Of a stretch of DNA of 64,000 nt, positions 48,333 through 58,300 are shown piece by piece. The DNA is taken from the UHGV virus genome UHGV-0170242. The stretch is one strand, 5' to 3'. The notes beneath the pieces were generated by a model that made no database searches, was not told where the DNA came from, and worked only from the letters and a program-made list of their open reading frames with translations. Each line of letters begins with the position of its first letter. Position 1 is the stretch's first letter. Position numbers and translations under genes: made by a program. The DNA comes from a virus.

Positions 48333-48386
48333 TGACGATAGGAGCTAATCAATTCACCGAAGTGTACATAGCAGAATAAGTAATTT

Positions 48387-48418
48387 ATAGCGTTGTCGGT
48401 GTGATGACGCTATTTTTA
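48387..48418 (+). terminator. Intrinsic terminator
   Basis: ATAGCGTT...GACGCTAT stem followed by T run. Confidence 0.65.
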
Positions 48419-48609
48419 TGTTTAGTAAAATAATATATAATTTACATCAGTACTATCGAATACTGTGATCGTTAGTAATACTATCACCGAAGGAGGTAAC
48501 TAATATGAACCCGATCAACACGTGGACAAGAGTTCATTGTACCTCTGAAGTAGTACAGAGATGACCAAAGGCATTATTGAATCGTTATAACTAATGTATC
48601 AACTTACCG

Positions 48610-48660
48610 GGCGAGGTTACACATTGGCAACCGATGCCCAATCCGCCGAAAGGAGAATGA
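48610..48660 (+). pseudogene. Orphan 3' end of a DUF551-like gene (GEVTHWQPMPNPPKGE*)
   Basis: VTHWxPxPxPP terminal motif with no upstream domain; last 18 nt identical to 51188-51205. Confidence 0.6.
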
Positions 48661-48929
48661 TTATGAGACTGATTGATGCCGATAGAGCGATGGAAATTGT
48701 TCGCGATCAAGGAATTGCACACCCAAACGCATATCACTTAACAAACTATGCAACGCTTATATTGCGAGAAGCACCAACCGTTGATGCCGTGGAAGTTGTC
48801 AGATGCCGGGAGTGCAAATACCACGAGGAGGAAGGAATTGAAATGGTATACTGTCCCAATATGATTGGTGGTTGGGTTGAAAATGAATGGTTCTGTGCTA
48901 ACGGTAAGCGGAAAGAAGGTGATGACTGA
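48657..48929 (+). CDS. Small prophage-type Cys-rich protein (MRLIDAD...APTVDAVEVVRCRECKY)
   Basis: AAGGAG RBS at ~48650. Confidence 0.7.
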   Translation: MIMRLIDADRAMEIVRDQGIAHPNAYHLTNYATLILREAPTVDAVEVVRCRECKYHEEEGIEMVYCPNMIGGWVENEWFCANGKRKEGDD

Positions 48930-49189
48930 TGGCTGAGTATATCGAGCGGGAATTAGCAATTGAAGCATTATCAAGAGGGGATGGTTGTGGAAACGTTTGC
49001 AGACGAGCAATTGAAAGAATCCTCGCCGCAGACGTTGCCCCGGTGCGGCATGCAATGTGGGAAGTTGTTGTTGGCAGCGACGGTAAAGAGCACATGGTTT
49101 GTACCGGATGCCGGAAACAGCAGGACTTAACTGGTGTGTTTTCTTATTGCCCGAATTGTGGATGCCGCATGGACGGAGGTGCTGATTGA
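48929..49189 (+). CDS. Small zinc-ribbon protein (ADVAPVRH...CPNCG)
   Basis: Coupled start/stop; modules shared with 49643 and 50493 genes. Confidence 0.7.
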   Translation: MAEYIERELAIEALSRGDGCGNVCRRAIERILAADVAPVRHAMWEVVVGSDGKEHMVCTGCRKQQDLTGVFSYCPNCGCRMDGGAD

Positions 49190-49650
49190 TGGATATCAAA
49201 ATCGAAGATTATCTTGACGAACAAGAAATCAAAGAAATCTGTAAAGATGCGCTATATCAGAAAATCAGAGAAGATATGCGCAAACTGAATGTCAACGACA
49301 TCATTGCAAACATTTCTTACGCAGAAGTTGCGGCTATGGTGGATAAATATGTTGGTGAAGATAATTTCTGCAAAAAAGAAATTCCGCAGAAGGTTCATAG
49401 GGTTATAGACGAGCTATCCACATACACAGTGTTTCGGAAAGCAGATGCATGGGAACGGAAAAACAGCATCGCATATGACATTATGCAAGAAGAATGCCGA
49501 GCATCCAGACCACGCATCAAGGCGAGGATAGAGCAGATTATCGACGAATATAATTTCCCTCAACTCGAGAGGAGCGAAATCATGTACACCATTGCAGAGG
49601 TTTTGACAGATCGACTACTGCCGGAGAAGGACGGTGACGGTAATGGCTGA
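49189..49650 (+). CDS. Hypothetical protein
   Basis: GGAGG RBS, coupled. Confidence 0.65.
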   Translation: MDIKIEDYLDEQEIKEICKDALYQKIREDMRKLNVNDIIANISYAEVAAMVDKYVGEDNFCKKEIPQKVHRVIDELSTYTVFRKADAWERKNSIAYDIMQEECRASRPRIKARIEQIIDEYNFPQLERSEIMYTIAEVLTDRLLPEKDGDGNG

Positions 49651-49939
49651 TATGATGAATTTCCCAAAACGATGGGAAGATTTTTTGCACGACTACGAAT
49701 TTGAGGATGCCAGAAGGATATACACCAATGGTTCAAGACTTATCCAGTCGTTCAGAGTTAAGCAGATGATGGAGCATTACGCACCGGTGCGACATGGGCG
49801 GTGGATTGAAAAGGAAAAATACACTTTTGGCATTATGTACGATTGTTCTTTGTGTGAAAATCGCATTCTTGACAACGGGCACCCTTGGAACTACTGCCCC
49901 AACTGCGGCGCGAAGATGGATGGTGATATGAATGAATGA
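49643..49939 (+). CDS. Small zinc-ribbon protein (APVRHGRW...CPNCGAKMD)
   Basis: Shared C-terminal module. Confidence 0.7.
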   Translation: MADMMNFPKRWEDFLHDYEFEDARRIYTNGSRLIQSFRVKQMMEHYAPVRHGRWIEKEKYTFGIMYDCSLCENRILDNGHPWNYCPNCGAKMDGDMNE

Positions 49940-50273
49940 CAGAACAAAGGAAAAGCTGATGGAGCTGCTGGATATAATCATTCAGCCCGGTCAGAAAACG
50001 CTTGGAGATATTGCGTATCACCTTATCAGCAACGGCGTAACGGTGCAGGAGTTGGACGGTTGCAAATACTGTAAAGAATACGAAGATTTGCCCGAATATT
50101 TTATTGATGGTAAACCTATCGGAAGAGTATTCGATACTTGCATTCAGCCTAACGAAAATGGATTGTGGCATATTGAGGTTCCTTGTGGCGCGGATATTGG
50201 TATTCGATTTTGCCCTATGTGCGGACGTAGATTGCCACAGCCGAACGGAGAGCGGAAAGAAGGTGCTGACTGA
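49932..50273 (+). CDS. Small zinc-binding protein (CKYC...FCPMCGRRL)
   Basis: Coupled; N-terminal KEKLMELL...GVTVQE module shared with 50804 gene. Confidence 0.65.
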   Translation: MNDRTKEKLMELLDIIIQPGQKTLGDIAYHLISNGVTVQELDGCKYCKEYEDLPEYFIDGKPIGRVFDTCIQPNENGLWHIEVPCGADIGIRFCPMCGRRLPQPNGERKEGAD

Positions 50274-50500
50274 TGCGGCTTTTCTTCCTGACAAAGAAAC
50301 AGCAGAAACAGTACATAGCCTATCTGGTTGGGCTTACAAGAGTAATTCACAGGAACAACGTGCAACTGTTTGAGCAGGATTTTGAATCGTATGAGTTCTG
50401 CCTTGAAGCACTATGTGAACTTTCGTATCTCGTTGGCGGTATTCCTGCAATGCAAACAGTAAAGCATTTTGGACTGGAAGAAGGTGCTGACAATGACTGA
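50273..50500 (+). CDS. Hypothetical protein
   Basis: Coupled TGATG junction. Confidence 0.6.
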   Translation: MRLFFLTKKQQKQYIAYLVGLTRVIHRNNVQLFEQDFESYEFCLEALCELSYLVGGIPAMQTVKHFGLEEGADND

Positions 50501-50804
50501 GTATATCGAGCGTGAAGCGATAAGCGAAGAAATAAGAAAATACTATTACAAAAATCCTCCGAATTTTTCCTATGGGGAAGGGTTTGACCGTGGTCTTGAT
50601 AGAGCGCAAAGAGCAATACTCGACGCCCCATCCGCCGACGTTGCCTCGGTGCGGCATGGGCGGTGGATTGATAAAGGGGAGTATGCAGTCTGCACGGAAT
50701 GCGGCGGACGGAGTGGTATACAATACGACGGCGTAGAGCCGATACCTTTGATGACGCAATTCTGCCCGAACTGTGGTGCAAAGATGGACGGAGGTGCTTA
50801 CTGA
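50493..50804 (+). CDS. Small zinc-ribbon protein (MTEYIERE...CPNCGAKMD)
   Basis: Shared N- and C-terminal modules. Confidence 0.7.
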   Translation: MTEYIEREAISEEIRKYYYKNPPNFSYGEGFDRGLDRAQRAILDAPSADVASVRHGRWIDKGEYAVCTECGGRSGIQYDGVEPIPLMTQFCPNCGAKMDGGAY

Positions 50805-51205
50805 TGGATGTTAAGGAAAAGCTGGTGGAACTGCTTGGCAGGGTTCAGCAAATGGGTGTCATTTACAAGGAAAACCAAATGGATGAAAGATACCCCACAA
50901 TAGAGCAAATACGAAACACTGAAGTTGCAGCACGCTTGATTGCCTACGGTGTGACGGTGCAGGAGTGGATTTCGGTTGAGAATGAGTTGCCGGAAATTCC
51001 GGAAGGATGGACAGAAAGTCCTGAGCCTGTGTTGTATATGATGAAAAACACCAAAACCATTTACGCAGGCTATTATGGCGAAGGTGGCGTGTGGAAAGAT
51101 AGGTATTTCCGACAATACGCAGATAGTCGCAATGGAGTAGATGCTGATGATGTGCTTTGTTGGATGTACCAACACGATTTGCCACAGCCGCCGAAAGGAG
51201 AATGA
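50804..51205 (+). CDS. DUF551-like protein
   Basis: QEWISVENELPE...VLCWM...LPQPPKGE. Confidence 0.65.
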   Translation: MDVKEKLVELLGRVQQMGVIYKENQMDERYPTIEQIRNTEVAARLIAYGVTVQEWISVENELPEIPEGWTESPEPVLYMMKNTKTIYAGYYGEGGVWKDRYFRQYADSRNGVDADDVLCWMYQHDLPQPPKGE

Positions 51206-51207
51206 AT

Positions 51208-51624
51208 ATGGCCATAAAATATGATAACTGCAAAAATTGCCATAGTCTATGTATACATGCAGGAAAAGACAGAGAATTTGTTTGCATCAATGGCGTTTCT
51301 TGTAAAATTACAATGGAAAAGCCGCTTGACACGAAAATTTACGGAGGCAAAGGAAGAATGAAAGATTTAGCAGACATTCAAAAGATGAGATATGACCGTG
51401 GTTGCGTTGTGTATAACACAAACAACTACACATACGGGATTGTTCTAAATGGGAAATGCGGAGAGGACAAAGACCCTTGTTCTCAAGTTTTAGAGTTGAC
51501 TCGTAGTGGTGGCGTTATTGTGCATACACCGCCAAATAGAGCGTTAATTCCCACGGGAAGATTTGTAGATGTAGCGAAAATGATTAAACACGCAATAGGA
51601 GAGGAGTTGAAGCACGATGAGTAA
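51208..51624 (+). CDS. Hypothetical protein
   Basis: AAGGAG RBS; Cys-rich N-terminus. Confidence 0.6.
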   Translation: MAIKYDNCKNCHSLCIHAGKDREFVCINGVSCKITMEKPLDTKIYGGKGRMKDLADIQKMRYDRGCVVYNTNNYTYGIVLNGKCGEDKDPCSQVLELTRSGGVIVHTPPNRALIPTGRFVDVAKMIKHAIGEELKHDE

Positions 51625-51895
51625 GTACAGAAAAAAGCCAGTGGTTATTGACGCGTTCCAGTTAAACGAGAGAGGGCTTGTTGGAGAAGATTGGTTTTGG
51701 GATGCGGTTACTGAAAACACAATCATTACTCATGACTTCGGGAAGTTCCACCCGGGTGCTGCATGGTGCGAAATAAAAACACCCGAGGGAACAATGGTTG
51801 CAAAAGCTGGAGATTATATTATACGCGGCGTAAACGGGGAAATCTATCCGTGCAAGTGCGACATCTTTGAGAAGACTTATGAGGCTGTCCAATGA
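51617..51895 (+). CDS. Conserved phage protein (KYRKKPVVI...GDYIIRG..GEIYPCK..IFEKTYE)
   Basis: Recognisable PGDYG-like motif set. Confidence 0.75.
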   Translation: MSKYRKKPVVIDAFQLNERGLVGEDWFWDAVTENTIITHDFGKFHPGAAWCEIKTPEGTMVAKAGDYIIRGVNGEIYPCKCDIFEKTYEAVQ

Positions 51896-51941
51896 TTTCG
51901 GACAAGTGGAATTTTACGCTAAAATATATTTTGAAAAACTG

Positions 51942-51970
51942 TTGAAATTTACCCCATTAGGGCTTATAAT
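51942..51970 (+). promoter_or_regulatory. sigmaA-type early promoter
   Basis: TTGAAA-17 nt-TATAAT; near copy of the 6451 promoter. Confidence 0.8.
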
Positions 51971-52046
51971 ATACGTGTAGGGAGGGCCACCTCAGGCTCG
52001 ATCTTCCATCCAATATCAAGAGTTCAAGAGAACGGAGGATTACAAC

Positions 52047-53425
52047 ATGTCTCGTTACTTCATCCCCGAGTCCGCTATCGACTCGCTTGAAACTAAGCTC
52101 GCTACCATTCGACGCAAGTGCGCCAAGTATGGTTGCGAGTTTTCTTATTCTCGAATCGGAGAGACATTTAAGAAAGTCGACATATATGACGAAGAGGGTC
52201 GTTGGACCAAAGTTACTATCAAGGCCATCGAAGTCGAAGTTTCCGGCACAGCTATCGCCGAAAGCGGGTGGAGGCTCGCTGGCAAGATTGAGCATCTTGA
52301 AACTGGCAACGTTATTCATTCCTTCAGCGATGTGGTCATTCCTGATTGGTACCGTAATGCCTCACCCAGGTGTGAACATTGCAATTCCGATCGTCATCGC
52401 AAAGAGACTTATGTTCTCTATCATGCAGAGAACAACTCATGGAAGCAAGTAGGTAGCTCTTGCTTGAAAGACTTCACCGGTTATGTCAGCGCAGAGATGG
52501 CGGCAGCGATAGCATCTGTTTATACGCTGCTTGAACGAGTTGCAGAAGATCGAATTCTCATAGAAAGATCACCAAAGTATTTCGAAATCGAGTCAGTCAT
52601 GTGCTACGCAATTGAGTGCGTTAAGCATTGGGGCTACCACAAGGCTGAAGAGGGGCATACTGCTACTCGCAATCAGGTTATCGACCTGATGCACAAACAT
52701 ATTAAACTTCCAACGAGCATAGGCTCTGTCATGTTTGATCCGATGTCCACCACTATCTTCAGACCTTCAAAGATATGCGCTCGCGCCTGCTCGCATTGAA
52801 TGCGAACGATGATTACACCAATAACCTTCAAGTCTTCCTCAAGGCGGAAGATGTTCCTGAAAATGGTCTTGGAATCGTAGTATCGGCAGTTCCTTACTAC
52901 AACAACCTGATCGCTCGAGAGGCTGAGCAGAATAAGCTTGCGGAGGCCTCCAACAGCGAATTCATAGGTACCGTAGGCCATCGAATCACCGTTGACATTG
53001 CAACAGTTAAGTTACTCAACATATACGACGGCTACTACGGCAGCACTTGGCGCTACCAGATAGTCGATGCACACGGAAACGTATTCATGTGGGACGCAAG
53101 CAGCCCTATGTGGGATACGGTCTGCGTCGAAGATTCTCCTAAGGGCGATGTCATTGAAGGACTCCCCCTCCAGATCAAAGGAACCATCAAGAAGCACGAC
53201 GAATTCCGTAACATCAAGCAGACTTGGCTCACAAGATGCCGTGTAACAAAGCGAACTGACAAAGTCCTTAACCGGGCTGTTTGGGACACTCAATTAGGTG
53301 TCGGTACGGTCATCAATCCTCGAGAGCTATACCAGCAGCTCTCAAGCTGGACTCCGAAATCTACCAAAGCCAGCGACGAAATTATGATGGCCATTGAATC
53401 CCTTGATCGTTATGCAGATGCATAA
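52047..53425 (+). pseudogene. Conserved phage protein (CEHC/VGSSC Zn motif, C-terminal OB-like domain) with a one-base frameshift near 52740
   Basis: ORFs 52047-52799 and 52775-53425 join as MFDP-DVHHYLQTFKDMRSRL if one base is added. Confidence 0.65.
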
Positions 53426-53440
53426 GAGGAGGTACTTATC

Positions 53441-53881
53441 ATGGAAAAAGAAATTCGCACTTTTCACCGTGGGTACAGAATAGAATACTATGAATGCGAG
53501 GACGGTCTCTATGAACTCGTGATATACGACCTAAAAGGCGTTGTTCACGACCCGAGGTTGTTCATGGACTGTGACACAAAAGGTTCCATGGCCATCAACC
53601 TAACATGGGATGAGGTTCAAGAGCTCTTCACTGCTGTAAAATACCGTGAATATTTATGGTATACGTACCATCAGTTTAAGACTCCGTGTGGCGTATATAC
53701 AGTGTTGGTTATCAAACGTATCAATGGTACATATGACCTTGCAATCATTGACGATAAGAACGTATATCGTGACCCTATGGAATTCAGGTGGTGTGTCACT
53801 ACTGGTTCTCAGGCTGTTAACCTTACTGATGAGGATGTTAAAACATTCTTCGATGCGGTAAAAAATCACAACGCAAATTAA
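53441..53881 (+). CDS. Hypothetical protein with two tandem homologous domains
   Basis: AGGAGG RBS; internal repeat. Confidence 0.7.
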   Translation: MEKEIRTFHRGYRIEYYECEDGLYELVIYDLKGVVHDPRLFMDCDTKGSMAINLTWDEVQELFTAVKYREYLWYTYHQFKTPCGVYTVLVIKRINGTYDLAIIDDKNVYRDPMEFRWCVTTGSQAVNLTDEDVKTFFDAVKNHNAN

Positions 53882-53894
53882 TGGAGGTAATTTC

Positions 53895-54227
53895 ATGAAC
53901 AAACAGATTGTTGTTATCAATCCCAAGACTGGCGAATATTTCAACGCTGGCGACATTGCAGATGGCATCATCCGTAAGTATTCCAACATCCGAAAGCATC
54001 ACGATTTTGAACACATAACCAACATGATGTTCGATCAACTCTACGCGTGTGACACAACTGAACAGCGCAGTAAGGTAACAAAATTCATGCTTGATGCATT
54101 TACTAGTGCCTGTTACGTTGACACTGCTGAAATGAATCCGGTTATCACGCAGCACATGAAATACCATCTTGCAATGCTGTTTATCGCAGCATACGACATT
54201 TACATTGTATGCGGAGGCATGTTGTAG
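53895..54227 (+). CDS. Hypothetical protein
   Basis: GGAGG RBS. Confidence 0.65.
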   Translation: MNKQIVVINPKTGEYFNAGDIADGIIRKYSNIRKHHDFEHITNMMFDQLYACDTTEQRSKVTKFMLDAFTSACYVDTAEMNPVITQHMKYHLAMLFIAAYDIYIVCGGML

Positions 54228-54309
54228 ATGCGGTTAGTTTTGGTCTTCCTTTGAACCTTGTATACATACTGAATAACCAACTAAAACCTTTAGGAGGTAA
54301 CAAACAATA

Positions 54310-55110
54310 ATGGCTATTTCTGAAACTATTGAGCTGCTCGGTAAGGGCTGCTACAAAAACAACATCCCCGACACAATTACGCTTACAAGTATCCCTACAG
54401 CATCTGAGCTTGATTATGTAGGTAGTGAGGATTTCGAGCAAGTTATGCTGGATAACATCTTGCCGAAAGCAGTCAAAGAGGATATTCCGTTTAGGGAGCT
54501 GCTTGAGATTGACTTCCAGTGGATATGTCGATGTCTTCGAATTCTCAATTACGGCCCATATCACACAACTAATGCAATCCTTTGCGACCAGTGTGGTCAA
54601 ACCTCCTTTGGAGAGTATCAAGTTAACCTGATGGCGATCGAGTGTAAGCCGCTGCCTGAGGGCTTTATCAACGATATAAAGATAAGCCGAGATGAATTTA
54701 TCGACTTCAAGGGAGATATTCATATCAAGCTCCCCACAATCCAAGATATGCTCAATGCAGATAAGGATAAGGCGTTCCAGTTAGCAAACGGCAAACGCAA
54801 TCGCGAACTTGCTCGCATATGCTACATGATTTCTTCAATCGGTAATGATAAGGGCTTGACTCCAGTAGAAAAGAAACTTGCAGTACAGAATAAATTGTCA
54901 GCTGCCGATTACATTATCTTGAAGCAGCGTGTAACTGAACTTACCAACTATGGTCTTCGTGCAGGAGGAGCTACACAGTGCCCTAAGTGTGGAAGTAACT
55001 CCGCAGCTTTCATTGCTCTCGTAGACGACAAATTCTTTCGTCCGACCCTGGGAGATCTCAGGGAATGGAAGAACAGTCGAGGTGCAAGGGAAGACAAAAA
55101 CGTATCATGA
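54310..55110 (+). CDS. Tail assembly chaperone / baseplate hub assembly protein (T4 gp26-like)
   Basis: CDQCG and CPKCG pairs, IKLPTIQD, KFFRP end; upstream of tape measure; AACCTTGTAT at 54254. Confidence 0.65.
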   Translation: MAISETIELLGKGCYKNNIPDTITLTSIPTASELDYVGSEDFEQVMLDNILPKAVKEDIPFRELLEIDFQWICRCLRILNYGPYHTTNAILCDQCGQTSFGEYQVNLMAIECKPLPEGFINDIKISRDEFIDFKGDIHIKLPTIQDMLNADKDKAFQLANGKRNRELARICYMISSIGNDKGLTPVEKKLAVQNKLSAADYIILKQRVTELTNYGLRAGGATQCPKCGSNSAAFIALVDDKFFRPTLGDLREWKNSRGAREDKNVS

Positions 55111-55303
55111 AGTTCGTCAACAACTCTATGAGAACATAGTAGACGAAACATTATTCATTGCTCGAGCGTCCGAAAGTGCGGTTTCTGCGGAATGGCTTAT
55201 GGGCCAACCGATATTTGTAAGAAAGAAATACGTTGAGGCGTTTACAAAGGAACTCAAAGAACGCGAAAAATCGCTTAATCGAAGAGCAAGCAAACGGGGA
55301 TAG
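55037..55303 (+). CDS. Second tail-chaperone segment in the +1 frame (possible frameshift extension)
   Basis: Frame open from 55025 to 55303, overlaps the chaperone 3' end, only a weak GTG start at 55082. Confidence 0.5.
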   Translation, partial: FVRPWEISGNGRTVEVQGKTKTYHEVRQQLYENIVDETLFIARASESAVSAEWLMGQPIFVRKKYVEAFTKELKEREKSLNRRASKRG

Positions 55304-55323
55304 GGGCTAACCTATCCCTTTAT
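55297..55323 (+). terminator. Hairpin, possible weak terminator
   Basis: GGGATAGG-GGCTAA-CCTATCCC-TTTAT. Confidence 0.45.
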
Positions 55324-55349
55324 CTGTTTATTTAAGGAGAAATTATCCT

Positions 55350-58300
55350 ATGCCAGATATGGATCCAAATGCAAATGTGATAAATGCAACAGCATCAGCT
55401 GCAGAATATCAAGCGACAGTACTTGCTCATCTGTCGTCTATTGAGAATGCGCTGAAAAACTTAGTGAGCGGTCAAGCTACGTCACAGTCAGCTGCGCGTG
55501 ATATGAATAATACAGGCGCGCAGAAAGATAGCTTCGCAAGGCAATATGACGAATTCTTCAAGAACCGTAAAAAGCCTGGAAGTAAGTTTTCATCTCATAA
55601 GGGATTCATAGATGGTTTAGAGGAAGGGCTGCTGGAAGGTCTGTTAGGCTCCGATTTCAAGAAAGATATTCAAAAAGTACTCAAATCTTTCTCAGATCAG
55701 ATCGGAGTTGACTTACGAGACCTGTCGAATCAACTAGGTAAACAGCTTGCTAAACAAGGGACGGATGCATTCAAGGGCACTGAACTAGGTAAGCAGATTT
55801 TTAGCAAGCTCAGTAGCTACAAAGACAAAGCAACTAAGTTTGCAACGGATAAAGCTGCACCGAAAATAAAAAGCTTTCTTGAAGGCAAAATAAACGTATT
55901 TGACGAGTTCGGAAAATTTGCAGCAAAGGATAAAAGCGGGTACGGCAAATTCGCTAAGGCTGCTGGATCCGGATTAGGCAAGGTCTTTGAAGGCGCTGGT
56001 AGTAAGGTTGGCGGTAAGTTCGGCAAGATTCTTACCGGCACTGGCCATATATTTTCTCAAGGTGCTAGTACAATAGGTGCTAGTGGAGCAGCAGCGGGCG
56101 GAGCAGCAGCAGGCGGAGCAGCAGCAGGCGGAGCAGCAAGCGGCCTTGCTGCACTTGGTCCTTATGCACTTGTTGCAGCTGCTGCGATAGTAGCTTTAAC
56201 TGCAGTTGTTAAGTCATTGGGCCCTGCGATTGAGGGCACAAAGAAGCTTTTCAACGAGATGAAGAAGGCCGGCGATCGTTACAAAAACAGTCGAAAGGAA
56301 AACCTTAAGTTAGAGCAGCAGCGTCTCCGAGAAGATGTTGAAACTATCATAACATATCCGTTTAAGATACTGGAGCGAGCTGCTCAGAAGGCCTATGATG
56401 CGTGGGATCAAAATCTGCGCATAATAAGTGCTACTCAAGGATATGGCAAGGCAGACGTCCAGAATCTTATGGCAGCGTATGCGGAACGCATACGATCTGA
56501 GGGATTATCAGATGTTGTTAACAGTGCGGACATAACAGAGAATCTGAGCAAGGTGTTGCAAGCTGGCCTTTCCGGTCCAGTGGCGGAGGAATTTGCATAT
56601 ATAGCCACTAAGCTGAATGCTGCTGTTCCGACGCAAGATTTCTTCGCATATGCAAGTCAATATGCCGCGCTTGTTGCGAATGCTCAGCAGATGGGCATGT
56701 CACAAGTAGAGGCAGTTCAACAAGCAAATGCGGCTATTGAAACATATGCCAGCAACATATTGTATGCGAGTCGTCAGTTAACTGGAGGAGTTACTACAGG
56801 ATTACAGAACGCTCAACGCATATTCCAGGACGCCCTTCGAATAACTCAGGCAAGTAGGACTGGCAACATTTCGCAGATAAGCGGAACTCTTGCATCTGTT
56901 TCTGCAGTTATTGGTGCAATCGCTCCTGATCTCGCACAGTCACTAATAGATCTTGTAGCAGATGCTGCTACCGGTGGTAACGCAGATCAGCTAGTAGCTC
57001 TTAGATCGTTGGCAGGAGTTAACGCATCTAATACCGAGTTTCTGCGTCAGCTCGCAACTAATCCGAAATCGTTGTTTGTGTCGCTATTTGAAAACCTTGG
57101 GCGCATGCAGAAGATGTCGGACGGGGCATACATGGAGGTCGCCGAGGGACTTTCAAGCATCTTCGGAGTTTCGCTGGAAGCTTTAGCACGAATTGATTTC
57201 AATTACTTAGCTCAATCTATCTCACAGATGAGTGTAGGTACCGCTGCGCTTGAGGAGAATATGGAACTCCTTGCATCTGGTCAAACTACGCTAACCGCAG
57301 AACAGCTTAAGAATGCTCAGATCAACAAGTACATGATTGATGAAGGTCTGTCCTATGTACTTGATAATGAAGCGGCACGTGCAATTCAGCAACACATGTG
57401 GGACGAGCAGAGGAAACGCGAGCTTATGGAAGCTACATACTCGGTAGAACTGAAAGGCGCAGCCCTTGAGTTCTTAGAGGGCATCAAACAGACGGTCAGC
57501 AACATTGTAAATATACTCAATCCGTTTGCATGGATAGGTAAACTTGTTAACATAGCAGCAACCGCTACCGAAGCAAATGGGCACGAAGCTGACATAGCAT
57601 CGGTACTTCAATTAGGCAAGGTAGGAAGCGGCACATCGGTAAGCGCGTTACAGCAGCTGTATAATCTTACAACGCGCGGTCGAGACTTAAATTTGACACC
57701 CCACTTGGTTGATCTGCTGGGGGGCCATTCTGCATATGAGAGTGCACACCTTGGGACGCAACTTTGGAACTCGATATTCAACAATCCTGTAGCTACCGCG
57801 ATGGATTCTCAACAAGACATTTGGGAGCTACTTACAGGTCCTGCTACATATGCTACGCTCGCGAGCATGCTAACTACTGTCGGAACAGGAACCGGATCTC
57901 GATACGCTTGGAAAGATCTTCGCAAGAGTACATCGACCGCGTTGACAACAGTGCTTTCGGGAGGCAGTCCAATGTCGTTTGAAAATGTGTCCACTTCCGA
58001 CACTGCAGCACAGTCCGGAGCCGCTGAACGTCTCAAGAAGATGCTGGACACCGAATACATTGACTCGTTTGTCAAATCTGGTAAAGGATACACGGAGTGG
58101 GCAGCTACTGCTACCAAGTTCGGAATTCGCGATATCAGTAAAGCAATTGAAGACGCTGGATATACGCAATCACAAATTGAGGCATTCTTCGAACAGCAGC
58201 AGACAATACAAGGTAAAGAAGAGAAGAAGCAAGAAGCGCTGGATCAGCAAGATTTCCGAGATAAGGGTCGTCAATTCTGGATTGATCAGATTGCTCGTAT

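Noticed and set aside
48600..51895. Repeated blocks as a diversity-generating retroelement or shufflon
   Set aside because: No reverse transcriptase or invertase; repeats are short, direct and not adenine-specific in their differences
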